Origin: Candidatus Saccharimonadota bacterium
Lineage (GTDB): Bacteria; Patescibacteriota; Saccharimonadia; Saccharimonadales; OFTM59
Length of the DNA: 64,000 bases
Direction: 5' to 3'
Assembly: GCA_029260875.1 (NCBI GenBank)
Contig: JAJDCL010000017.1
Span: 813 to 64,812, forward strand
Positions 1 to 8,515 of this stretch are shown here, one piece after another. The position numbers and the translations under genes were made by a program. The notes under the pieces were generated by a model, which saw only the letters and a list, made by a program, of their open reading frames with translations, made no database searches and was not told where the DNA came from. The number at the start of each line of letters is the position of its first letter. Positions within the stretch are counted from its first letter, which is position 1.

Positions 1-2
1 AG

Positions 3-527
3 ATTGAATTAATTCAGCAGCGAGCAGCGTTCAATGACGCCTTAAACGCAATGACAGACAGTGAATATGTTGCGTTAAAGCACTACGCTGATTTTGTTTC
101 TTCAAGCTTGAATCTACCTTCATCAGGAGACGACCTGATTCAAGAGGCCAGCCTCCGTATTTGGTCGGGTGAACGGGTGCTACCTTCCGACATCGCCGTA
201 GGCCGTGTGTTGCGGCAAATCATAAGAAGCTTAGTATCCGACTTATGTAAAAAACGAAAAAGGAGGCCAGACGAGTTTTCGCTGGAGGACAAACATGACC
301 GGGCTCAACTACCCGAAGACTACGAATCTTTCAAAGATGACCGAACAAGGAAGATATTGGAGTATTTTAAGGATGATGACACAGCCACGTACATAATCGA
401 GGCACTGCTCGACGGCTTCTCTCGGACCGAGACGGCTGCGGATCTTAACCTCACACCTGAAAAATATGACGTGCATAGGCGGCGAATTTCGCGATACGCT
501 CATCGATTGAACCAAGGTGATACATGA
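3..527 (+). CDS. ECF/sigma-70-like sigma factor; 5' end probably lies outside the window
   Basis: The frame is open from nt 3 through the ATG at 51 (IELIQQRAAFNDALNA...). There is a region-2-like stretch (DDLIQEASLRIW) and a C-terminal region-4-like HTH (RTETAADLNLTPEKYDVHRRRISRYAHRL). The stop overlaps the next start (ATGA at 524-527). Confidence 0.5.
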   Translation: MELIQQRAAFNDALNAMTDSEYVALKHYADFVSSSLNLPSSGDDLIQEASLRIWSGERVLPSDIAVGRVLRQIIRSLVSDLCKKRKRRPDEFSLEDKHDRAQLPEDYESFKDDRTRKILEYFKDDDTATYIIEALLDGFSRTETAADLNLTPEKYDVHRRRISRYAHRLNQGDT

Positions 528-922
528 CCAAGCAAGATTACGAACGACTTATCTTCGAGCTAGCAGACCTGATCGAAGAAATGGACCCAGGTGAAATTTG
601 CCAAGATGTATTAGATGGCGATAGCGAACGCATCAAGGTAGAAGGGCAAGCCACACGATCCATGTTGGCTTCATATTTAGATAACGTGGCAAAAGCCGAT
701 GTATCCGATCAGACAAGTTCGGATCCCAGGACCCGTTGGCAACGTTCAAGGGAGCAATTGCTACTATTCGTCAAAAGCCTCACCAGTGGACAGGGGCAGA
801 TCGCGTTCCAGCACCGATCAATGACTTCGGTGGACAAAATGAGCGATGACGAGTTGATCGATTTCGTTGACCAACTCATCTCAAGTGGTGAGTATACACT
901 CGATGATGTCGACAATCCTTGA
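524..922 (+). CDS. hypothetical acidic protein between the sigma-like and ImmA-like genes
   Basis: 132-aa ORF with ATGA overlap upstream and overlap with the downstream peptidase ORF. It is D/E-rich and I recognise no motif. Confidence 0.4.
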   Translation: MTKQDYERLIFELADLIEEMDPGEICQDVLDGDSERIKVEGQATRSMLASYLDNVAKADVSDQTSSDPRTRWQRSREQLLLFVKSLTSGQGQIAFQHRSMTSVDKMSDDELIDFVDQLISSGEYTLDDVDNP

Positions 923-1679
923 TCCAAACACCTTATTAAAGGCGTCGCGAGTCAGAGATCCCCGAGACATAGATGTCGAACGAATTGCGATCGAGCTTGG
1001 ATTTCGCGTGCGGTATGTTCGGATGTCGAGCTGCGATGCGCGAATCCTCATGACAAAGAACGTCAAGTCCATCACGGTGCATGAAGAGCTTTCTCGACAC
1101 CGCCAACGTTTCTCGGTCGCCCACGAAATCGGTCATTTTTGCCTTGGGCATTTGGCCAAGAACTCAGCGTGGTCTTGTGAAGCGAACTCCCGAATATATG
1201 ACCGGCATGATCCAGAGATTGCAGCGAATCGCTACGCCGGAGAATTGCTGATGCCGGAGTTTCTGGTACGACCTTTTATCGATAACAAGGAAATCGACTT
1301 CCAACTATTGCAAAGTTGTTCCGACGTTTTTCGAACAAGTAAAGAAGCCTGCGCGTTTCGGTTTTGTGAGATCGTTGATCGCCCCATTATGTTGGTCAAT
1401 TTCAATACTCAGACACGCAAGATCTCCTTTAAGAGAGGTCGGACTTTTCCGTCCTCGCTGCGGCTCATTTCACATCTGCCTAGCCATACTCTGGCGGAGG
1501 ACGTTTGGAAGGGTGGTCATTCGCGAAGTGAAGAAACCAACGCTTGGCATTGGTTTCCAGATGTGGAAGTTGATCCAAGAAATTATCTGGTTGAGACGGC
1601 ATTCCGAAGTGGCGAGCGAATTGTCATAATGCTTTGGTGGTCAAACGAACAAGCGCTTATCGATTTGAACGAGAACTAG
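867..1679 (+). CDS. ImmA/IrrE family zinc metallopeptidase
   Basis: HEXXH motif in SVAHEIGHFCLGH, followed by ANRYAGELLMPEF, the usual ImmA/IrrE (DUF955-like) signature. The real start is more likely ATG 903 or 906 (MMSTILD). Confidence 0.75.
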   Translation: MTNSSQVVSIHSMMSTILDPNTLLKASRVRDPRDIDVERIAIELGFRVRYVRMSSCDARILMTKNVKSITVHEELSRHRQRFSVAHEIGHFCLGHLAKNSAWSCEANSRIYDRHDPEIAANRYAGELLMPEFLVRPFIDNKEIDFQLLQSCSDVFRTSKEACAFRFCEIVDRPIMLVNFNTQTRKISFKRGRTFPSSLRLISHLPSHTLAEDVWKGGHSRSEETNAWHWFPDVEVDPRNYLVETAFRSGERIVIMLWWSNEQALIDLNEN

Positions 1680-1789
1680 TCAGCCTTGTGTGACGACCAA
1701 CGTGCCTATCTATTTTGGGAGGGGAGTGGCGTCGTTTTAGAGCAGTGCATGATTTCCAAGACTAAATATGTTCCCATCGGCAGGCTACA

Positions 1790-2500
1790 ATGTTCCTCAG
1801 GTATGCCCAGTCCAAGTCAAATTTGTTACTCATGAAAGAAGTCAGAGACGTGAAAATACATTGGCTGATGGTTCTCATGTTTGCAACCGCATTTGGACAG
1901 GTCTTCGGTGGTGTCGATAAGTCCGGTCGGGTCGGCGTCAAGAAGTGCACCGATACGTTTGCCTTTAGCCGTGTGCACAACACCAAGACGGACGACCCTC
2001 ATCTGAATAGAGCCATTCGATTTTCGAGTCTCACCTTGTTCGGAGATGACATTGAGTATCCGGAAATAGCCGCCTTTGGTAAGCGGGCCGATTTGGCTGC
2101 TGCAGAAAAATTCGATACGCAATATATAGATCAAGAGTTTGATGGCCTAAGTGGCTTCAATTGCATGAAAGGCCGATTCCAACTACCCGACCAAGCCAAG
2201 TTCAATCGACCCGACCCGATGCGCGACTGGAGCTGGCTCCAACCCCATTCGATAAACCTTTATGAATATGTCGGAAATGACCCGATAAATGCCTGGGGTC
2301 CGACAGGATTTGAGTTTAACGTATTAGATCTTGAGGATCATAATCTCGATCTAATGTTAGACGAGCTATCTCAAATTACGGGGTATACACGTGACTTCAA
2401 GACAACTGACGACGGGAGCACCATTCCGTTGGGAATATATGTTGATGATGACGGGAATGTTCAAGTTGCCGAAAACGCGGCTTTTGAAGACGGGTCATAG
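1790..2500 (+). CDS. small secreted protein with a degenerate RHS-repeat-associated core junction and a short C-terminal tip
   Basis: Signal-like hydrophobic segment (IHWLMVLMFATAFGQVFG). GRFQLPDQ..RPDP...NLYEYVGNDPINAWGPTG resembles the GRFxSxDP...NLYxYxxNNPxNxxDPxG end of Rhs/YD cores. About 75 aa of unrelated tail follow. Confidence 0.5.
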   Translation: MFLRYAQSKSNLLLMKEVRDVKIHWLMVLMFATAFGQVFGGVDKSGRVGVKKCTDTFAFSRVHNTKTDDPHLNRAIRFSSLTLFGDDIEYPEIAAFGKRADLAAAEKFDTQYIDQEFDGLSGFNCMKGRFQLPDQAKFNRPDPMRDWSWLQPHSINLYEYVGNDPINAWGPTGFEFNVLDLEDHNLDLMLDELSQITGYTRDFKTTDDGSTIPLGIYVDDDGNVQVAENAAFEDGS

Positions 2501-2675
2501 ACATCAAGAGATTTCTTGAAAAACGTAATAGAAAGCGATTTTTCGACTTTTGTCACCAACACAAAACCTTCCGAGAAGAAAAAACTTGCGCGCGCTCGCT
2601 TAGGCAGTGACGGAAATCCATCCCCAATTTTGAGAGGCAGTGCAGGTGACTATAGACAACTGATTTAGGCAATTT

Positions 2676-2706
2676 ACACCGGTACACTTTTATGTTGTCA
2701 AACGCA
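2676..2706. repeat. 31-bp direct repeat, left copy (acaccggtacacttttatgttgtcaaacgca)
   Basis: Perfect 31/31 match to 7627-7657 in the same orientation. The flanking sequences are unrelated. Confidence 0.9.
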
Positions 2707-2926
2707 TTGTCTAACCTGCCCTGACCCTCCACATTACAAAGATGACCAAGATTATGAAAAGACTTGCGTTTGAAACATATTTCTTGGACGTTGGGGGAAG
2801 GTGATCTGTCGGCTCCGTTTAGGAGTTCTCGAAACAGCTTGCATTATTGAATGCATGCATCAAATCATAACCTCAATATTTGTTGCGGGTTGGCCTTATC
2901 TTCGCTGGCTCAGATGGGACTAAATC

Positions 2927-3874
2927 ATGCACGACGAAGTCAACCGATATCTAGTTTTTTGTGACGATGTTCGCTCACTGTCAGGTCACACAATAAGAGC
3001 CTATCAGTCGGATCTGACCATGTTCATCAAATACGCATTTAGTCTTGGAATTAGAACGTCTTCTGAGATCTCAAAAGAGACTGTAAATTCGTTTGTCTCG
3101 TGGCGCAAAGAAACGGTCATCGCATCACGAAAAAGATATCTATCGAGCATTTTGGGATTTTTCAAATGGTTAACTCACGAAAATGTTCTGAAGGCAAACC
3201 CGTGTTCGGGGATAACAATCCGAGACCCGAGGAGGCGAGTATTACCTAAGTTGTTAAGCCGATCTGAAGTAACCAAATTGATTGCATATGCGTCAAACAA
3301 CTGCGCAACTCCGCCTGCCAAAGAGTGGCCGTCAATTCGTGCTGACGAATTAATGACGGATCAATACCGGACAATTATTTGTACGTTGGGATTGAGGTTC
3401 CTATATTATTCCGGAACCAGAATTGGAGAAATGGTGAGGTTGCCTGTTTCCTCGATCGATTTTCGAAAGGGAAGCGTGCTCATTTCCGGAAAGGGCAAGA
3501 AAGAAAGGGTTATCTATTTTTGGGACAAGGCTTTCCAGACTGATCTTCGTCACTACGTCCAACTTAGGAACTCTCTCTCATCGAATGAGGGTGCCTTGTT
3601 TTTGAGACAAGATGGAATACCCGCTTCTGACCAGTTTTTCAGGCGGCATTTTGGGAATTTGGGAAATGAGGCATTAAAAAAGAAAGTAACCCCACATATG
3701 CTCCGCCACTCCTCTGCTACTCACTTACTTGAGGATGGGGTTGATATCCGGGTTGTACAGAGGTACTTAGGCCACGCAAGTATAAGTACAACAGAAATTT
3801 ACACGCACGTTGCAGATGAATTTCTGAGAAAAGAAATGGCGAGAGTGGCACGTAAACGTGCCGCAAGGGCGTGA
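2927..3874 (+). CDS. tyrosine recombinase / integrase (XerC/XerD-like)
   Basis: C-terminal catalytic signature HMLRHSSATHLLEDGVDIRVVQRYLGHASISTTEIYTHV, an earlier GTRIGE box, and an N-terminal core-binding-type domain. Its TGA stop (3872-3874) lies inside the 27-bp inverted repeat. Confidence 0.9.
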   Translation: MHDEVNRYLVFCDDVRSLSGHTIRAYQSDLTMFIKYAFSLGIRTSSEISKETVNSFVSWRKETVIASRKRYLSSILGFFKWLTHENVLKANPCSGITIRDPRRRVLPKLLSRSEVTKLIAYASNNCATPPAKEWPSIRADELMTDQYRTIICTLGLRFLYYSGTRIGEMVRLPVSSIDFRKGSVLISGKGKKERVIYFWDKAFQTDLRHYVQLRNSLSSNEGALFLRQDGIPASDQFFRRHFGNLGNEALKKKVTPHMLRHSSATHLLEDGVDIRVVQRYLGHASISTTEIYTHVADEFLRKEMARVARKRAARA

Positions 3875-3898
3875 TTGATAATTAGGAATTATCTGTTG
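3872..3898. repeat. 27-bp inverted repeat, left arm (tgattgataattaggaattatctgttg)
   Basis: Perfect reverse complement of 7435-7461. It contains the TGA stop of the recombinase gene, then TTG and 7 further codons (MIIRNYLL). Confidence 0.95.
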
Positions 3899-5029
3899 CG
3901 AAGAGCAATATTTGAAGAATTGTTGTCCGGTCTCCACACTTTTGGACCGTACTGCAATGAATGTGGGGTAATTGCAGTAATTAATGTTGTCGGCCTAACC
4001 AACACGACAAAAGATTACGTTGGCTTTAGCGTACAAAACAGTTTCTTAACAGACGACGAGATTGACGAATTCATTAATGGCTGGCGGGCTTTAGGAGTTT
4101 ACGTTCAGCATTTTTCAGAGGAACGCGATTTTATGTCGTGGGTACTCTCTGGCGGATATCAAACGCTTAGAATTGCAAACAAATTTGTTTATACATCAGC
4201 TTTGAATGGAATTGGTCCAGGGCGTCGAGCTCTTATTCCATCTTTTTGTAATTACTTCGGGATTCCGACATTGAATTCGGACCCCTATGCATGTGCGATT
4301 AATCGGCATAAATTTCACTGGACACGCTTGCTCTCCACGTTTGGTATTCCCGTACCTCGAACATGGTGTCTTTCAAGTAATGGCGGCTGGGAAGATGGGC
4401 TAAAGCCTCCACAAGGAACTCAGGTCATCGCAAAGGCGACATACGAGGGCAGTAGTTTGGGTGTAAGTGAGGACAGTAACGGGACATTTGATACTAGACT
4501 TCATGACACCATACGTGAATTGGCGAATACGCTTAATCAACCGATTACCGTTCAGGAATTGATCCCAGGATTCGAGGCCGAAGTTCCCGTTATTTTCTTA
4601 GACAGGCACGTATCACTTGGCACAGCATTTCTCTCTATCAACGGTTCCGTCAATTTAGAGAACACCATTCTCACGTATGACACAGCCGCTGAGAATCTTT
4701 ACAGGTACACGACCGAAACTCACTTGCCAGGTGCTGTGCCTTTAAAGCTGTCGGCGATTGCCGAGCGTGTTGCTGGAATTATGAATTATGAAGGAATAAG
4801 TAGAGTGGACTTCCGAGTCACGAAGAACGGTACGCCATATGTGATCGACATTTCCAGTACGCCTCATTTAACTACAAACAACGCCGTTGGGTTTTTGTTT
4901 ACGCAGGCTGGACTTGAGTATCGTCAACTACTTTCTTCATTGCTATTTTCGACAATTAGAAGTGGAAATTACTGCTACTCGTCAGACCAAAATTCCAACT
5001 CAGATGGTAGAAACCCTCCGCGAAAGTAG
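3875..5029 (+). CDS. ATP-grasp fold ligase (D-Ala-D-Ala ligase-like)
   Basis: VIAKATYEGSSLGVS, VQELIPGFEAEVPV and GISRVDFRVTKNGTPYVIDISSTPHL match the ATP-grasp phosphate-binding, central and Mg-binding segments. It is in the same frame as the recombinase, separated only by TGA. The TTG start lies inside the IR. Confidence 0.7.
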   Translation: MIIRNYLLRRAIFEELLSGLHTFGPYCNECGVIAVINVVGLTNTTKDYVGFSVQNSFLTDDEIDEFINGWRALGVYVQHFSEERDFMSWVLSGGYQTLRIANKFVYTSALNGIGPGRRALIPSFCNYFGIPTLNSDPYACAINRHKFHWTRLLSTFGIPVPRTWCLSSNGGWEDGLKPPQGTQVIAKATYEGSSLGVSEDSNGTFDTRLHDTIRELANTLNQPITVQELIPGFEAEVPVIFLDRHVSLGTAFLSINGSVNLENTILTYDTAAENLYRYTTETHLPGAVPLKLSAIAERVAGIMNYEGISRVDFRVTKNGTPYVIDISSTPHLTTNNAVGFLFTQAGLEYRQLLSSLLFSTIRSGNYCYSSDQNSNSDGRNPPRK

Positions 5030-7458
5030 ATCCAACCTGGACCGACCAAATGAGACTGTTTTGTTGCGGCATATGAAGACCAATCTAATGCCTGGTTTGC
5101 TTCGTGGAATATGCCGGTAATAATTTCGTGGCGCCTCCTATAGTACATTTCGTTTGGACCGATCAGCTCTCCGAGAAAAGTGCCGGCCAACTTCCAGTGC
5201 ACAAGAGCTTGGTCACGATCGCCTAGCATAAATCTGCATCCCGCAATATTATTTTCGACGTAGTAATGGTAAAACCCATCAAAATCGCTCTTCAGCTTGA
5301 GCTGTTTTTCAACAGGAAGAAGTATTTTTAGGGCCCTTTGATATTCGCCTCCTACTGCCATTGCCCATGCAGCGTTGCTGACAATTAGAGATCTATCATT
5401 TGTTAAATCTGATTTCTTTGCCAAGCCGAGGAAATGACTTATCACATCACCTCTAGTTATCTTGCGGGCAAAGTAACCTGAAATTATCAGATTATTGACA
5501 AGAATGTCCATCCGCGGAAATACAAATGTACGATGATTTGAGACAACTTTCTTCCCTTGAAGGGCGGCGGAGTATGCGGATTCAAAATCTCCAGCCACTA
5601 TTCGATTTGCGGACAGATTTGTATGGCCGATGTAGGCGTGAACTGGGTCATAGGTGGGATTTCCCTCAGTAGAGGCGAAGTAGTCAATTGCCTGAAGAAT
5701 TCTCTCACGTGCTACTTCCGATGTGTGTAGCATATTGGCTTTCAGCCTGATACGGTTCAATAAATCGTTAGAGCTAGGATCGAAACCGAATCTTGCTTTC
5801 AATCTTTTCATAAGCAACCGCTCTGCACGCGCGGCCCTCGTTGTGTCTCCAAGAAAAAAGCACGCCACTATATAGTAAATCATCACCCTCCCCCAAACCT
5901 CAAACTCCTGAAGATCAACCTCAGCCCAGATGCTAAGGATCTCAACAGCGTTGCGTCTGTTAAACAAAGTAAGCAGCTTTATGTGGCTTCGAGCTTTGAG
6001 AATATCTCGTTCCGCGAGGAGCGAATCGGTGTATAAGTCCTCTACACTGTCTAGGAATATAAGCGCTTTTCTGTACCTCCCTGTATTGAAAGAGCACCAT
6101 GCTTGATTCATTTTCTCCAGAAATATCTTGATGCCAGGCACTAGTCCAAGAGTTGTAGCACTTATATCTACTTTCCTCCCGGATCTTTGTTCACTCAAGA
6201 AATCCAAGGCAAGAGCCTCAGAAACTCTCTTGTGGTCTTTCGCCTGACCAAGATGATAAGCGCGTCGTCTATATTCTCCTGGGCTAAGCAAACGTAGACA
6301 CTCTGCGAATTTCATGTTCTGTTCCACATGCCCAGCTTGGTTCTTTGTGAAAAAGAAATCATGAATCAACTCATGCGAAAAACGTCGTTCATTTCCTGAT
6401 TCAATAACTAATCTCATTGTCTGTGCAGGCCTCAAGATTTCTCGTATGTTCGAAATCGATAATTCGGTCAAGCATGAAAGTTCATTCTCAGAGAACGTCT
6501 GGCCGATAATTGAAGCCGATCGGAGTATGCTAATTGTCGAGTCGGCAGGCAATCGAAGTCCATGTAGGCGTTGCTCGATGAGTTCTTTTAAGAGGAAAGT
6601 CTTGTCAATTGATTCCTCGTCTAACAGTTGTGTTCCTTCAATAGCGTTTTTGCCCAATTGACGTGCAAATTCGAGGTGGCCACCGCATATACGATACAGA
6701 TCCTTAGGTAGGCTGGAGCCCGACCCAAATTGCAATCCGAAATCCCTCAGAATCTTCTCGAAGTATTCCTCGCTACAGAATCCCAGGCGGTAAGTCGCTT
6801 TGCAGTGCTTCTTTAGGAGGTCATTCATGATAATTGGTTCAGAAACTGGGCAGTCTTCGGTATCTACGACGAGAACAACCATATTTGCCAACTGAGGGAA
6901 AGCAGCATGTACTACCTTTTCGAGCATCATCGAAAGTAGCTCAAGTGACGCTTTGTCCCACCATTGGATGTCGTCACATATCAACAAGAGTCGCTGATTC
7001 TTGGCCAGAGAGCAGAGTTTAGCTAGTAGCCCTCTTTCAGTTTCAGAAAGGAACGGTGCCATAGACATTCTTCGGCGATCCGGGCTCTTCGATATATAGT
7101 GGAGTAGTTCACGGATGATTTTGCCAGCTAAAGGCAATGCTGCAGTCGATTCAATTATTGTGTTTTTTGCTGCATTCAATTGCTGACGTGCACTCTCGGA
7201 TACTACGGCTAAGTGTAGTGCATAAAAACTTCGATGACTCTGAATTTTGTCGCCTAAAGAGAATAGCGAAGAGCCGATATTTTCTTGCCATTTCTTTGCC
7301 AGAGCGTGCGCTAGCCAACTCTTGCCTGCTCCGCTTGGTCCAGTCAGTCGCATTAAAAGCCGTTTATTGCTTGAAAGCCTGCTGAATATTTCAGAGAGTA
7401 TTTCTGTTTGACCGGTAAGATCAGCTACTGAATCCAACAGATAATTCCTAATTATCAA
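4975..7458 (-). CDS. STAND/AAA_16-type NTPase with a long C-terminal helical (TPR-like) repeat region
   Basis: Walker A LTGPSGAGKSWLAHALA and Walker B LLLICDDIQWWD, followed by about 550 aa of helical repeat-like sequence. The TTG start and first 8 codons (MIIRNYLL) lie inside the right IR arm. Its 3' end overlaps the ATP-grasp gene by 55 bp. Confidence 0.7.
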   Translation of the reverse strand: MIIRNYLLDSVADLTGQTEILSEIFSRLSSNKRLLMRLTGPSGAGKSWLAHALAKKWQENIGSSLFSLGDKIQSHRSFYALHLAVVSESARQQLNAAKNTIIESTAALPLAGKIIRELLHYISKSPDRRRMSMAPFLSETERGLLAKLCSLAKNQRLLLICDDIQWWDKASLELLSMMLEKVVHAAFPQLANMVVLVVDTEDCPVSEPIIMNDLLKKHCKATYRLGFCSEEYFEKILRDFGLQFGSGSSLPKDLYRICGGHLEFARQLGKNAIEGTQLLDEESIDKTFLLKELIEQRLHGLRLPADSTISILRSASIIGQTFSENELSCLTELSISNIREILRPAQTMRLVIESGNERRFSHELIHDFFFTKNQAGHVEQNMKFAECLRLLSPGEYRRRAYHLGQAKDHKRVSEALALDFLSEQRSGRKVDISATTLGLVPGIKIFLEKMNQAWCSFNTGRYRKALIFLDSVEDLYTDSLLAERDILKARSHIKLLTLFNRRNAVEILSIWAEVDLQEFEVWGRVMIYYIVACFFLGDTTRAARAERLLMKRLKARFGFDPSSNDLLNRIRLKANMLHTSEVARERILQAIDYFASTEGNPTYDPVHAYIGHTNLSANRIVAGDFESAYSAALQGKKVVSNHRTFVFPRMDILVNNLIISGYFARKITRGDVISHFLGLAKKSDLTNDRSLIVSNAAWAMAVGGEYQRALKILLPVEKQLKLKSDFDGFYHYYVENNIAGCRFMLGDRDQALVHWKLAGTFLGELIGPNEMYYRRRHEIITGIFHEANQALDWSSYAATKQSHLVGPGWIYFRGGFLPSELEFWSDE

Positions 7459-7461
7459 TCA
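7435..7461. repeat. 27-bp inverted repeat, right arm
   Basis: caacagataattcctaattatcaatca is the exact reverse complement of 3872-3898. Confidence 0.95.
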
Positions 7462-7472
7462 AAACTACGAAT

Positions 7473-7481
7473 ATTCTATCA
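7473..7481 (-). promoter_or_regulatory. candidate extended -10 element (TGaTAGAAT) reading into the right IR arm
   Basis: The minus strand reads tgatagaat, 14 nt upstream of the TTG at 7458. I saw no clear -35 or Shine-Dalgarno. Confidence 0.25.
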
Positions 7482-7619
7482 CAGAATTTGGGTATCCATA
7501 ATTAGTTTCGAATTGTGACTTAGTTCCCAAATCACCACTTTTTGTGCGATACACATTTCGCTCGTTATTGGCTCCTTAGAGTAACGGCTGTCTTTTTTAA
7601 CCTAGGTGGGACACTTTTA

Positions 7620-7770
7620 CATGATCACACCGGTACACTTTTATGTTGTCAAACGCACTTGGTTTACGACTTTGTCGGGCGCTATCACCACACACCACAC
7701 AAAGGCTTGGCCGGTTACACACCCCACCAAGCTTCTATCGGCGACTGGATTCAAGCCTTTCACCACCGCC
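7620..7770 (+). pseudogene. remnant of a DDE (rve-type) transposase C-terminus
   Basis: Translation ...LVYDFVGRYHHTPHKGLAGYTPHQ resembles the YNxxRPHxxLxGxTP tail of IS481/IS3-type integrase-fold transposases. No upstream catalytic domain is present. Confidence 0.4.
7627..7657. repeat. 31-bp direct repeat, right copy
   Basis: Perfect match to 2676-2706. It lies within a DDE-transposase C-terminal remnant. Confidence 0.9.
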
Positions 7771-8515
7771 AGCGTTCCTTGGATGACTCTTACCGAAGCC
7801 ACTCTTCACGATTTGCCTATCCACGACTCGCGAAACCCTTACCCAATCACGTCTCAATCAATATCCGACAATTAGTGCACAACGAACAACTCAGTGGCCC
7901 GAACATACATACCCTTTTGGAGATCCAGTAGTTCACACCCCAAAAATCAGCCCAGAATCCATCTCTACACATATGGGCAAAAATGCAAGTTTGGGGCGAG
8001 TTGGTTCGGAGAAACGCGCTCAAAGAAAAACGTGGTTTGTCAATTTGAAGCAAGCGATCGTTGAATAACCGTCGATTAGGCTTAGCGACTTAATGTCAAA
8101 AATTTTCAAGCAAAATTATGGGCCTATGGGATCACCAATCTACGGCGAGCCAATAGTACCAACTGTTTAGGGGCGAAGTCATGTAAAAGAATTTCCAGTT
8201 TCATAATGGTCCATAACTCTAATGGGATAGGTTGAATCAACGACATTAGGCAGATTTCGACGCATCGGCACCCAAAATGTGGTCATCGAAGACTATTTAC
8301 GTCGGACACGCCAACTGTTTGTAGACGGTGTTAACACCGCCAAACACAAGGAGTGTCATTATGCTAGAAAATCTGATCCTAATACTTAAGCTTGTCTACT
8401 TGGTTGAGAGCGTTTGGCAGATCTACTGTCGCGTCAGAGCGAAACGAAGGGCAAATGAAGAAGAGAGCAAAGTTCAAAATCCGGGAATCCTCTCAAGCGA
8501 CCGAACCCCCCAATG

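Larger units (their letters stand above)
2676..7657. mobile_element. putative integrative cassette: 31-bp direct repeats enclosing the tyrosine recombinase and the IR-flanked 3.6-kb segment
   Basis: Direct repeats at both ends (att-like) with a recombinase gene just inside the left repeat. Mobility itself is inferred. Confidence 0.45.

Noticed and set aside
2500-2926. I searched the regions flanking the recombinase cassette, and the whole window, for tRNA/tmRNA-like 3' ends (GGTTCGAATCC-type T-arms) as integration targets, and for CRISPR-like spaced repeats.
   Set aside because: Neither was found. The only GGTTCGAG string (about 50444) lacks complementary acceptor or T-stem sequence.
7953-7967. 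The 15-bp string cagaatccatctcta is repeated at 14386-14400, where it directly abuts the IS3 terminus at 14401. It was tempting to read it as an empty or duplicated target site.
   Set aside because: In a 64-kb window a few exact 15-mers are expected by chance (roughly N^2/2 divided by 4^15, on the order of one to a few). The similarity does not extend beyond the 15 bp, so it is not evidence of anything.
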